IMG/VR virus record: IMGVR_UViG_3300016471_000863
Source: a virus
DNA: 64,000 nucleotides
Direction: 5' to 3' (one strand)
The notes under the pieces were generated by a model. The model saw nothing but the letters and a program-made list of their open reading frames with translations. It made no database searches and was not told where the DNA came from. The position numbers were made by a program, and so were the translations under genes. Positions 45,902 to 56,425 of the stretch are shown here, piece after piece. Every line of letters starts with the position of its first letter. Position 1 is the first letter of the stretch.

Positions 45902-48652
45902 TTAATCCTCATTTGGTCTATCAAAAAATGGTTGCCCACTTCGATAATATTTGTCATAAATACCACTGTCGTAAGGATTATATGTTGGATTTGTTGCGGT
46001 TACATAATCACGAGACTGAGTATATATTAATGTACCAGAAAGAAAATTAATTTCTATAGGGAAAAATAAAGTTCTTGGAATTGGTATATCTGTATTAGGA
46101 CTAAAATCTGCTTCTGTTAAACTAGCAACTGTAACTCTACCTTCTAATGTATCTCTTAATTGACCAAATTTTCCTCTTCTATTAATTTGTTTAGTAAATG
46201 CGGGTAAAGCATTATATAAGCCATAATGCCAACCACGAATTAGTCCACCGTATATTTTTATGGCTTCCGGTCCTCTCTCTTCCCATCCGTCATATACGTC
46301 CCAAAAAGTATTAATTGGTGCTTTTTCTATTTTTAAATTTCCACCAAATTTTGAACTAGTTTCAAATCCACCATATGGATTTTCTCCAAATTGGAAAGTA
46401 ACACCATCTCCGAATCCAAAAAAATGCTTAAATGGAACAATACTGCTTGGTATAACGTTCTTATGATAATAGTTTTCTGGTTCTAACAGTCCAGTTATTG
46501 GTCGTAATTGCAAAGCCTCGGCAAATTTACAGTTTTTACTTTCAAAATAAGATGCATATAATGCGGAACTACTGTAAATGGTTTCAATGTCAGAAATTTT
46601 TGCAAGAGTAATATTATTAGGAAAAGTATTATATTCCCAAATATTTCCTCCACCTAAAATCATAGTTTGTAAAGTTTTATATCCTTGATTTACTGAACTC
46701 GGATTTAGAGTTGCCGATGGTACACTAGCTATTCCGCAAAAAAGAGGAAAATTTCCATCCGGATCGTGCGCCCACTGCCTAAATTTTGTACCCCAGTTAG
46801 TTGTTTTATTTGCGAATTCAGACCAATTTTGTCCGTCATCTGTGCTATAGTATATTACTGGCTGATCAGACGATGTTGGATTAATCGATGTTCCTGAATA
46901 TCCAACTAAAAACCATTGTATATTTGAATCTGTTCTTTTAACCGGTATTACTTTTTTCCATGTAACACCACTGGGTAATCCAATTACTGCTGTCCAAGGA
47001 GATATTACAGGTGCGTTATTTTTTGTTGCCCTGTATGCAACGCCGTTTGTACCAGCAACAATTATCGTGCTGCTTGCAGAAGAAGATGGTCGAGCAGCAA
47101 TAGTATTAAAATCTTCAGTTATCGCTGGAGAGATTGATACGTTGTTCCATGGCAAAACGGTTCCTATATATTCTGTGCTATGTACAATTGTTCCATCATT
47201 ACCACAGGCAAACCAACGTGCTGCTGTTGCAGTTGAAGTTAAACTTATCGTAACGTCATTTAATTGTTTATTTGTTACCGGAGAGGCAATATATAGTATT
47301 GAATTCGGAGCCATAGTCGGTGCTCGATCAGCAATTAATATAAGTGGTAACGTAGAACTGTTATTTCTTCTTCCAACCATGCAAAACTTACCATCACCGT
47401 CACTCATATATGCATATGGATCATTAAATGCAATTGAGCTTATGTTAAGTTGAGTTGATACTGGCAATCCAGCCACGTATCCTCCAGTTGCTAAGTCTCC
47501 ATTGCTGTAATAAGTCCAATCTGAAGGAGTATCTGTATATGGAATTTTTTTACTTACATTTTGTATGTATATGCCTCCACCCGTTGCGCCAACCCTGGTA
47601 TTAACAATAATGTATCTTCTGTGTCGCCCAGTAGTAGCTATTCCGGTTCCATCAACAGAATATGATATTTGATCAAATTGCCCAACAATATCACCAATGC
47701 TAATGTTAGTAGTTTGTATTAGTTTATCATTAGTATTAAGTCCAGATAGCGGAAACCATTTGATTCCATTAAAAGAATAAGCCATACCAAATTTTCTTCC
47801 AACAGAAACATACACATCTTTCACGAAACCATTTACGGCATCTCCGGTACTAGAATTATATATTATATTACGTAAATCTTCTGCTGCCGGTAGATTACAA
47901 TGTTCAAAAAATAAGGTATTCGCATTTGATCCAGAGGTAACAAATAATATAGGGGATTTTATTATACCGCCATCTGTACTGGGACCAAAATTTATTGGAA
48001 GAGCCCAATATAAGGATCCTATGTGAGTACACAATGTACTTGGTATAGCGATTCCATCTAAGCTTTTCGCAATACTGGGTATATTTTCATATAACCTATT
48101 ATTAAACACAGATTGTCTGAGTATATTTTTGTATTTTGATTGATATGACCATGGACTTTCTTTCCATGAAAAGTTAATAAATTCATATGATGCATTAGAA
48201 GAAAGTATACTTCGCGAACCAATAGGACCAATTATAATTGGTATATTTGTTTCTGGTATCAAAGGTCTATTATGTATAGAGCTGTCTGATAAAAATCCAT
48301 ATTTTGAATTATTTGCTATCGTTGAGCCAAAGCTCGGTATTTTTGCATCTAGAGAATATAAAGATAATAAATCTGGAGGTATTGAATCATAATAGCGTTC
48401 ATTTGATATGCCCTGGTTGTATATGTTTTGGGTTATGGTTCCGCCTTTTGAACCGGAAATATAGTCCAACCTGTCTAAATAAGTAAAATTAATTAAATTA
48501 ATGTTATTATTTAATCCTGTATTTTTGCTTCCGATATATAAAGCAAGTGCGGTTGAACTGCTCAAAATAGGATTGATAACATTAATATTATCTGTATAGC
48601 TGCCGCTGTAAGAAAAAACTGGTTCAACTTCATATTGATCAAAGACAGGCAT
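45902..48652 (-). CDS. Putative receptor-binding or tail protein with beta-propeller (BNR/Asp-box) region
   Basis: YSFNGIKW and YSTDDGQNW Asp-box motifs. ACGNDGTI and VAGTNGVA propeller-blade motifs. Confidence 0.65.
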   Translation of the reverse strand: MPVFDQYEVEPVFSYSGSYTDNINVINPILSSSTALALYIGSKNTGLNNNINLINFTYLDRLDYISGSKGGTITQNIYNQGISNERYYDSIPPDLLSLYSLDAKIPSFGSTIANNSKYGFLSDSSIHNRPLIPETNIPIIIGPIGSRSILSSNASYEFINFSWKESPWSYQSKYKNILRQSVFNNRLYENIPSIAKSLDGIAIPSTLCTHIGSLYWALPINFGPSTDGGIIKSPILFVTSGSNANTLFFEHCNLPAAEDLRNIIYNSSTGDAVNGFVKDVYVSVGRKFGMAYSFNGIKWFPLSGLNTNDKLIQTTNISIGDIVGQFDQISYSVDGTGIATTGRHRRYIIVNTRVGATGGGIYIQNVSKKIPYTDTPSDWTYYSNGDLATGGYVAGLPVSTQLNISSIAFNDPYAYMSDGDGKFCMVGRRNNSSTLPLILIADRAPTMAPNSILYIASPVTNKQLNDVTISLTSTATAARWFACGNDGTIVHSTEYIGTVLPWNNVSISPAITEDFNTIAARPSSSASSTIIVAGTNGVAYRATKNNAPVISPWTAVIGLPSGVTWKKVIPVKRTDSNIQWFLVGYSGTSINPTSSDQPVIYYSTDDGQNWSEFANKTTNWGTKFRQWAHDPDGNFPLFCGIASVPSATLNPSSVNQGYKTLQTMILGGGNIWEYNTFPNNITLAKISDIETIYSSSALYASYFESKNCKFAEALQLRPITGLLEPENYYHKNVIPSSIVPFKHFFGFGDGVTFQFGENPYGGFETSSKFGGNLKIEKAPINTFWDVYDGWEERGPEAIKIYGGLIRGWHYGLYNALPAFTKQINRRGKFGQLRDTLEGRVTVASLTEADFSPNTDIPIPRTLFFPIEINFLSGTLIYTQSRDYVTATNPTYNPYDSGIYDKYYRSGQPFFDRPNED

Positions 48653-48653
48653 A

Positions 48654-50402
48654 TTATTCCATTACCTCATGTATACAATCAGATGATAACAATTGATTTG
48701 TTCCATCGTTATATTCTTGCCCTTCTCTTACGTAGGAGCCATATAGTGTTACTTTTGCAGGTCCAGCAGCAATTGTATACACCGAGGAAGTAAGTGGCGC
48801 TGGTGAAACGGATACGTTTCCAATAAATTCATAATCGTCTAAAGTAGCTGCTGCCCAACCAAATACAATATTATCCGTTGGTAAGAGTAAATATGGACAT
48901 ATTTTACTATATTCATTCGAATTTACTACTGGAACTCTTATCCCACTATAGGTTGGCGTATAATAACTATCAGGATTTATAGCAGCAATTGGACTTAAAT
49001 AATTGCGTCCACTTGGAGAACTGAGTCCTAATCCAATGGATCCTCCATTGTTAATATGACCTATACTGTCTGCTGCTATTCCTCCATCAAATACTTGATT
49101 TGCAATAGCTTTTGGAAATGATAAAATATTTTTTTGATCTGTGTCTACATTTCCAAATTTATTTGGGACTTTTATTGAAAAAGATAATTCATATCTTCCG
49201 GACCATAATGATTTTGTTGCATCAAATGTAATATTATCAATTATATTTAAATCCCTTTTCCAAGTTCCGTTGTATAATCCAGTTGGATTTATTGAAGCAG
49301 TATATGCCCATCCAAATGCATTGTTAAAAGAAGCTATCGAACCATATCCAATTAAATCACGAATAGTATTAACATTTCCATCTGGAATTTTAGTCGTTAT
49401 ATATTTTGGATAATCCCAATCATAAAATCCAGAAAATATGCTTCTTTGAGACACGGTGTAAAATCTTTGATTTAGTATAAAAAAATTATTTATAGCATAG
49501 CTACTTGAAAATTCTATAGGATCTCCATTGTAATCAAATTGTTCGCCCTTTTTAAAAACCTCTTCTATTCCAGATTGAAAAGAGCTGGTGAATTCAACAA
49601 CAACTTTTTCTAATAAAAATGGTTCATTTATATAGTTTTTCATTGATAACAATTGCGAACTAGTAGCTGCATATAAAGCATGAAACGGAAACCCAAAAGT
49701 TGTACTTGCAACACCTTTATTTGATGGGTTTAAATCATTGGTCCATGTCATTAAACTTGGAGTAAATGCCATTTTATGGGTTCCAATGTCGTTAGTTTGC
49801 CGAGGTCCATGATTGCCATTTAAGGGTTCCCATGTTTTATTTATGAAATTATAATATGCTAAATTTTTTGTTACACCAGTTCCTTGACAAAAAGAAATTA
49901 ATGAAGTAGAATCTTTGGCAGATAAATCGATTTCTATTTTATTTTTGCTCCAAAGTGGAGAACTAAAACCTTCACCAATATCAGATACTGCACTACCGAT
50001 AGCAAAGAAAGGATTGTTGGTTGATTTACCATCTACAGCCGGTTGATCATTGTCTCTAAATGGAGTAAGGTCTTGACCCGGTGTAAAATGAAAAAACGGT
50101 AAACCATCAACTACCTGAGAACGAACATTACCAGGTGCAACAATGCTAGAAGTTAAATCATTTGATGAGCTATTAGTTAACCATATATTTCCAACTGGAA
50201 ATCCTATACCTGGCAGATACGTATTTGATGATGTAAACACTACAGAATATCGATCATTAAAATTAATATTATAATCGCCGGTTCTGCCGTCTATAGAAAA
50301 CCTGACATTAGTAGGATATGATCCGGTAAGTGCATCTCGTTGTTGCAACTGAATACGTGGTGGAAGCATCCTTATTCTTGTTTTTTTCTCTTGTCTAGAC
50401 AT
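48654..50402 (-). CDS. Putative virion structural protein
   Basis: Long ORF in the structural operon. Start MSRQEKK at 50402 avoids overlap with the upstream gene. Confidence 0.6.
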   Translation of the reverse strand: MSRQEKKTRIRMLPPRIQLQQRDALTGSYPTNVRFSIDGRTGDYNINFNDRYSVVFTSSNTYLPGIGFPVGNIWLTNSSSNDLTSSIVAPGNVRSQVVDGLPFFHFTPGQDLTPFRDNDQPAVDGKSTNNPFFAIGSAVSDIGEGFSSPLWSKNKIEIDLSAKDSTSLISFCQGTGVTKNLAYYNFINKTWEPLNGNHGPRQTNDIGTHKMAFTPSLMTWTNDLNPSNKGVASTTFGFPFHALYAATSSQLLSMKNYINEPFLLEKVVVEFTSSFQSGIEEVFKKGEQFDYNGDPIEFSSSYAINNFFILNQRFYTVSQRSIFSGFYDWDYPKYITTKIPDGNVNTIRDLIGYGSIASFNNAFGWAYTASINPTGLYNGTWKRDLNIIDNITFDATKSLWSGRYELSFSIKVPNKFGNVDTDQKNILSFPKAIANQVFDGGIAADSIGHINNGGSIGLGLSSPSGRNYLSPIAAINPDSYYTPTYSGIRVPVVNSNEYSKICPYLLLPTDNIVFGWAAATLDDYEFIGNVSVSPAPLTSSVYTIAAGPAKVTLYGSYVREGQEYNDGTNQLLSSDCIHEVME

Positions 50403-50407
50403 GTTAT

Positions 50408-51307
50408 TCAGCTTCCTCTTAACCAACCAGTAAATGCAATAGAATCTGTGCCATACAGGGATTGCTGCGGACCATATACCGAATATCCAGCAGTAGCAGA
50501 TTTTTGTGTATAGGTTTCTCTTATATCGTCATCTAATTCTATATGTAAAAGTTTTAGCTGGGCAATAAAATCCATGTTTGCAACAGTATCGTCTAAAGAA
50601 GAAGAAATTTGTGCCACTATCTTCTCGTCATTAGTATCGTTAAATGGATCAATATTTCTAATTAAAATAGGTGAATAACCATTTATTATTACAGAAGATG
50701 TTACAGAGGTTCCGAAATATTGTTGTCCATCATCTAGGAAATAATATGGATCTAAAGGTGGGTTGTAATCAATAAATTGTTTTATAAAACTTGACCCCTT
50801 TTTTGGATCTGCAAAGTTATTACCATCTTCTAATTCGGCGTGTACTCCCCTTGGAGGATTTGCACCCCAGATGTAATCTTTTCTATATGGAATTGTAAAA
50901 GGCTCTATTATTGCTTCCTCTTCCTGCATGGGTCCATTGTTAAAATAAATGGGGAATGGATAATTTTTGCCAGAATTAATATATTGAACAGGATCAAAAT
51001 CAATGATCATGTCATCGTAAATTTCATTATTCGTATATTCGGTCCAGCTTCTCGCCTGCCCAAAAGTTGAAATATTTACTATTTGAAAAATATTTCCAGC
51101 CCATAATTTTGGCTGAGTAGAATTATAAAGATATTTGCCTGATGTTATTTCTACGCCTTGACGATAAGGATCAATATTTTTTGTAATATATCCAGAAGAA
51201 ACTTGACTTCTAATTGCAGCCAATATTCCTACAGCAACCTGTTGAGAATCGTCAAACGGTGTAAATCTTAATCCAAGACTACTTTCTACTTGCGCTAATG
51301 TAGACAT
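50408..51307 (-). CDS. Putative virion structural protein
   Basis: 299 aa ending YGTDSIAFTGW. First gene after an AT-rich spacer. Confidence 0.6.
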   Translation of the reverse strand: MSTLAQVESSLGLRFTPFDDSQQVAVGILAAIRSQVSSGYITKNIDPYRQGVEITSGKYLYNSTQPKLWAGNIFQIVNISTFGQARSWTEYTNNEIYDDMIIDFDPVQYINSGKNYPFPIYFNNGPMQEEEAIIEPFTIPYRKDYIWGANPPRGVHAELEDGNNFADPKKGSSFIKQFIDYNPPLDPYYFLDDGQQYFGTSVTSSVIINGYSPILIRNIDPFNDTNDEKIVAQISSSLDDTVANMDFIAQLKLLHIELDDDIRETYTQKSATAGYSVYGPQQSLYGTDSIAFTGWLRGS

Positions 51308-51400
51308 TCATTTCCTATGAAACAGCTAATTCTTAATTATTATTAAAACAAAAAATGAATTATTATAACAATAATTTATTTCTATTTCACATTTTAAAAA

Positions 51401-54400
51401 CTAATATTTTACAAAAGTTCCTGTAAAAAGTTGCAGTAGTATTACTGATCTCAACGCATCTCTATTGCTATCACCAAGATAAATTTCATTATATAAATAT
51501 TCCATCTTTGGACGTTCCAACATATGACTTTGAATTACGAAATTTGTTCCTAAAAATTTAGTTTTTCTCGGAATTAATTGAGCAACGAATGTTCCTATGT
51601 TTGTATCGAACCATTTGAAAAATTCAAAGAAATTTTTTATATTAATCTTATCAACTAATTTATTGAAATAAATTTCTCTTAAGTTTGCTAGCCCTGGATA
51701 ATCTGGCGAAAACAATAATTCTGGGCTTCCTAATACATTATCCAAGCTATCTAATGTTGAAAAGATTGTTATGATATCTTGGTCTAGAGCATCTATTACA
51801 CTAAAATCTATTGTAAATCTTGTATTGTCAGTTGGTAATTCTGATGGAACCAGTTGATAAACTGGGGCTACTTCTGCCCATGGATACAGTTGCACATTTT
51901 CAAATTCTTGAAAACTTCTAACTCTTACCTTGTCTACCGTGCTAGCTTCATCAAATTTTGGTGAAATATAACTGTAATAAAATCTTTCTGGGTTTATTAT
52001 GGACGACGTAGCTGGAAAAGAGGTGCCGGATAAATGAAAATTATTTTGAGTAAAGTCAAAAATGCTTATATTTCCTGCGCTATCTGTTTCTAGATCTATT
52101 TGATCTGTAGATGCATCAATTCTTAATCTTTCCCATGATCCACTTTTATTTGTTATAAAATTAAAATTAGTTGATGGATCTTGAACACCAACTGATTTAT
52201 AATCTAATACGTGCTCTTTCCATTCTTTTTCCGTTATAGATTTAGTCCAAAATCTTATTTGAGTTATTTTTCCATTAAAATCAGTAACACCATGAACTGG
52301 ATTTGATATCATGCTAGCATTTAAAAATGCTGGCAATGTAGTATCTATTGATTGCGATCCTACAGTAAAATAAGAGCCAGAAGCATTAAAATTAGCATTT
52401 AAAACTTGTTGTATATTAGCTCCACCACCTATTGATTCATCAAAATAGGATGATGTTTGAGCCAATTGTAAAATAGAGCCAAAGTTTTGTTTTCCAGCTC
52501 TTAAAAAATATGAAGATGAAACAATGGAGATTGTATCTGGTGGAAATAAATCGTTTCTAGTTCTGCCCAAAGAAACATACCATTGATTACCATCAAATAA
52601 ATCTACCCCTGTCAATGTCATCGTAAGTACAGGGCTAGATGAATTTGTATTTGGTCTTAAAAAGGCATTTAAGGTTCCGTTGTTTGTGCCAGATACGAAT
52701 ACAAGATTTCCCCAAACTTCATTTCCTGAGAGGCTAGAGCCTGTTGTGTTTAATCTTAGTAACGACTGTAATGATTGATATTTTTTATCCTTAGAAAAAA
52801 GATAGGTTGCTTCATAAGTCCAAGAACCAGAAGTAAATAATTCATCATTAGATGTGCCTGTAGGAATTGGTATTCCTGGTTCTATACGTGAAGCACTTAA
52901 AAATGGACTAGTAAGTAAACCACCAGATATAAAAGATAAAGCAGTAGAAACTTCCGAGCGATTGTCTCTTACGAACGATAAAGATCTTTTTGTAGGACCG
53001 CCATATTCTCTTATTCTAAAATTATTATCCGGATCTATTCCTACTGATCTAATAAATGCTTTAACGGAATGTATTGTGCCCTTTGATTGAATAACGTCTT
53101 GTAAATTGTTTAAAATTCTTCTCCAGATTTGATTTTGTATATATTGCAAAGATAAAGTATTAGTACTGATATCATCCTGAATATTTTCTGCATTTAAAAA
53201 TTGTCCAATTGATGCACCAGAAAATAATGGCGGTAAATCAATTCCATAATTTTTTGCAAATTGTAATAAAAACTGATCTGGAACCGTATCGGTTTCGTCA
53301 TAATCAATAAAATTGATATCTGCAAAAGCTTGGATGAACAATTTCATTTCATCAAAGAATTTAGCCCAGGTATAAAGTAATAATAATAATGTTTGTGTGG
53401 CACCGAGCTTTACAGATCTTGGATCTGTTCCACCTTGTAGCGTCGTTACAATTTCTCCCTCTTCAGTTTCTAGGGCACTTTCTATTTGACCTTCGTAAAG
53501 ATAATGAGGAGGTATTAATTTTGTAATCAAGTTTGGATTTTTTTGATCATATATGGAACCACTATACAGCAATTCATATCTCATGTTGCCAACTTCAGGA
53601 TATGATGGAAATAAAACCGGAGAAAATTCTAACTTTTCATAAATCATTGGCGTAGAACCGGCAATCGATCCAGTTGAAACTTCTCTTACTTTTAATGCAA
53701 TTGCAGAATTACTTAATTTACCATGTAAAGAATTAGAAGAGTGATCTATTACTAATGCACTGCTTATATTCGCTGGTTCATTTAATTTATAATAAAGTTT
53801 TAAATTTTCTTTTGCAAAAATTGATTTTTGCATGTATTCATTAATATCTGTTAAATTTCTTACCGTATGCCAAATCCTTAATTCGTCCAATGCACCAGAA
53901 AATGTTGTCTGTGGAGTAAAAAATCCAGTTAGAGTACTTCCAGAACCAATTAACAAATCAGGTTGCGAAGCATACATTTCTTGAAATTCAACACCATAAG
54001 AACTTGAGTTTTGAAAAATTCCATTTTTATATACAAAGCTTTTATAAACGCCTGGAGTTCTGTCCCATATGAATGTAAAATGATTCCAAGAACCCTTTTC
54101 TACTCCTACTGTTAAAGAATCCATCACAGTACCAGACATGACATAAAAACTCATTGAGGTATGCGTTGTTAATACTTCATTTTGTAAACCAATATAAAAT
54201 CCTTGTTTATTTACACCAGACTCTATATGCTTATCTAAGATTACTTGTTCGGTGTTTGCTTTTGCTGGAACAAATAAATAAAATTCGATAGTTAAAGATT
54301 TGTTGCCAGGATTTAATACTTGTGAACCGTTAGTGGTTCTTGAAACTGATGGATAAGAGGCTCCAGCAATGTCTTTGACCGTTATATAAGTTCCCCCAGA

Positions 54401-54832
54401 AGGTTCACCCACATTTGTTCCAGAAAAGAAAAGATATCCTTTATATTTTGGATAATTGTCATAAATCCATTTTTCAAACCCGGTTAAATTATCAAAATAA
54501 TTTTCAACTTCTTTTTGACTACCATCAAAAGGATATTCGTTTATAATTTTATCAAATGCAACATTTGTTTTTACTTGTGCAGAATTAAAAAAAGTATGAT
54601 TTTCAAATTTATTCCAATCAATATTTAATTGTTGAGTTGATTTGATTCCCTCTCCTGGGAGAGCAAACTTAATTGAATTAGATGATTCAATATTTGAGTC
54701 AGCTACAACTTCTCCATATGTAACTTTATATTCGGCATTATTGGCAATTTGATTTTTTATGTTTCTAACGACCGATGGAGTAAATAAGCTAGGCTTATTT
54801 TCAGTTATATTTTGTGAAGAATTATTTGCCAT
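51401..54832 (-). CDS. Baseplate-associated protein with LamG domains
   Basis: TIEFY, WNHFTF, FSGALDELRIW and LKLYYKLNE (LamG). LIPPHYL and SKGT wedge-like segments. Confidence 0.72.
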   Translation of the reverse strand: MANNSSQNITENKPSLFTPSVVRNIKNQIANNAEYKVTYGEVVADSNIESSNSIKFALPGEGIKSTQQLNIDWNKFENHTFFNSAQVKTNVAFDKIINEYPFDGSQKEVENYFDNLTGFEKWIYDNYPKYKGYLFFSGTNVGEPSGGTYITVKDIAGASYPSVSRTTNGSQVLNPGNKSLTIEFYLFVPAKANTEQVILDKHIESGVNKQGFYIGLQNEVLTTHTSMSFYVMSGTVMDSLTVGVEKGSWNHFTFIWDRTPGVYKSFVYKNGIFQNSSSYGVEFQEMYASQPDLLIGSGSTLTGFFTPQTTFSGALDELRIWHTVRNLTDINEYMQKSIFAKENLKLYYKLNEPANISSALVIDHSSNSLHGKLSNSAIALKVREVSTGSIAGSTPMIYEKLEFSPVLFPSYPEVGNMRYELLYSGSIYDQKNPNLITKLIPPHYLYEGQIESALETEEGEIVTTLQGGTDPRSVKLGATQTLLLLLYTWAKFFDEMKLFIQAFADINFIDYDETDTVPDQFLLQFAKNYGIDLPPLFSGASIGQFLNAENIQDDISTNTLSLQYIQNQIWRRILNNLQDVIQSKGTIHSVKAFIRSVGIDPDNNFRIREYGGPTKRSLSFVRDNRSEVSTALSFISGGLLTSPFLSASRIEPGIPIPTGTSNDELFTSGSWTYEATYLFSKDKKYQSLQSLLRLNTTGSSLSGNEVWGNLVFVSGTNNGTLNAFLRPNTNSSSPVLTMTLTGVDLFDGNQWYVSLGRTRNDLFPPDTISIVSSSYFLRAGKQNFGSILQLAQTSSYFDESIGGGANIQQVLNANFNASGSYFTVGSQSIDTTLPAFLNASMISNPVHGVTDFNGKITQIRFWTKSITEKEWKEHVLDYKSVGVQDPSTNFNFITNKSGSWERLRIDASTDQIDLETDSAGNISIFDFTQNNFHLSGTSFPATSSIINPERFYYSYISPKFDEASTVDKVRVRSFQEFENVQLYPWAEVAPVYQLVPSELPTDNTRFTIDFSVIDALDQDIITIFSTLDSLDNVLGSPELLFSPDYPGLANLREIYFNKLVDKINIKNFFEFFKWFDTNIGTFVAQLIPRKTKFLGTNFVIQSHMLERPKMEYLYNEIYLGDSNRDALRSVILLQLFTGTFVKY

Positions 54833-54835
54833 ATG

Positions 54836-56416
54836 TCAGTTTATAATCTTAAATATAAACCCTTTATCTTTTATGTAGTAATCTCTACCGGCATCTGTTA
54901 TCATTAATTCTATTTCGTAAAGTTCATTTATGTCCAAATCTTTTATATAAAGATCAAAATACATTCCCAAATTATCTGTTGATAACCTAGTATAAGGATC
55001 TGAAAAGGGAATAACTTCTTTTTTGCTATATGCTTTTAAAAGTCTCCATTTCATATCTTTAAGAATTAAAGATTTAGTTTCTGTTGGAAATTTATATGCA
55101 ATCATTTCTGTATTGTTATTTTGAATAAAAACTCTAAGTCTAGCTATTTCTTGCTTACTATAAGTTTGTTTCAAATTTGTAATATTAACTGTATAGTTTT
55201 TATCGAAAGTATTTGAGAATGTGCCAAATGGAACCTGATAATTTACATATTGTTTCGCATAAGTGATTTGTTTATCAAGACTTTTCCATGAGGCTAAAAA
55301 GCCTTGACTATCAGACCCGGATAAATAATTTCTTAACTCAACATCTTCTACGGTATTTAAATTAAAATTTACATTATAAATACCAGTTTGATTAATGCCA
55401 TTTAAAACAAATTGAGAACCAGAATATGTTCTGGTTAAATATGAAAGTGAACTAGTTTTATAGGTAATACTAGCAGAATGGGAAATGCTAAAACTTGTCG
55501 TTAGATAACTTACACTTTTGCTAGCTATTAATTCATAAAGTAATGAATTTGCCCCGGTAATTTGACTGCTTCCAGAAGTAAAATTAAAATAATTTCCATT
55601 TATAAAATTATAAACAAAAATACTTTGAGATACGTTAAACTGTGGATACCCTGAATCGTCTAATATTTTATCATCATAATTTACGATTAATTTTGGATGC
55701 AAAGACTTGTCATTAGTATGCCTTGATCCAAATCTTTTAACGAATCTTGTCGTAGTATCTGTTTCTTCGGCATCAACAAAACCTATTCTAAAACCATAGT
55801 TTGGTAAATTGCCACAAATACTTGCAGATACCAATTTTGTAATATCTATAAAAAGGTCTTCATCTCCTCTTGGGAAAAATTGAGAAACAGTAAGATCCTC
55901 AAGTCCATTTCCTAAATTACCAGAAGTTATTACATCTATATTTGCATTTCCTAATGTACCGGATGCTGCTGCTCCCCCTAATGACCAGCTAACAACAGTT
56001 CCATTTTCATTTGATGAGGTAATATAATTCGCAGAATCAAGATCTCTAAATGCTATTACATCAAATCCTCTTCCTTCGTTCCAAGATTTCGATAGCGGCA
56101 ATGTTCTTAAAGTAAAATTACTTGGTACTGTTTGACCACCATAGACATTTTTTAAATTTAAAAAACATTTAAATGAGGAATTATTTAAATCTAAAAAAGA
56201 AGAAGTTAACGATGTCAACTCGTCATAAGAAAATTGAATTAAAATTCTAGAAATTTCCTCTACGCTACCAGTAAAATTTGATATTATACTTTCGTTATAT
56301 AAATGAAATAAATCTAAAGTACCAGCTTGTCCAACATTAGACGTTTCGCATCTTTTTCCTGCGATTACTTTATTGGTTAGGTAGGTATCTTTACTAGCTG
56401 TTAATATTCTGTACAT
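54836..56416 (-). CDS. Putative baseplate or tail structural protein
   Basis: ASKDTY, SRILIQF, PLSKSWNEG, NYGF and PKL motifs (DNRLRE-like). Lies between baseplate genes. Confidence 0.6.
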   Translation of the reverse strand: MYRILTASKDTYLTNKVIAGKRCETSNVGQAGTLDLFHLYNESIISNFTGSVEEISRILIQFSYDELTSLTSSFLDLNNSSFKCFLNLKNVYGGQTVPSNFTLRTLPLSKSWNEGRGFDVIAFRDLDSANYITSSNENGTVVSWSLGGAAASGTLGNANIDVITSGNLGNGLEDLTVSQFFPRGDEDLFIDITKLVSASICGNLPNYGFRIGFVDAEETDTTTRFVKRFGSRHTNDKSLHPKLIVNYDDKILDDSGYPQFNVSQSIFVYNFINGNYFNFTSGSSQITGANSLLYELIASKSVSYLTTSFSISHSASITYKTSSLSYLTRTYSGSQFVLNGINQTGIYNVNFNLNTVEDVELRNYLSGSDSQGFLASWKSLDKQITYAKQYVNYQVPFGTFSNTFDKNYTVNITNLKQTYSKQEIARLRVFIQNNNTEMIAYKFPTETKSLILKDMKWRLLKAYSKKEVIPFSDPYTRLSTDNLGMYFDLYIKDLDINELYEIELMITDAGRDYYIKDKGFIFKIIN

Positions 56417-56425
56417 TTTTATCCA

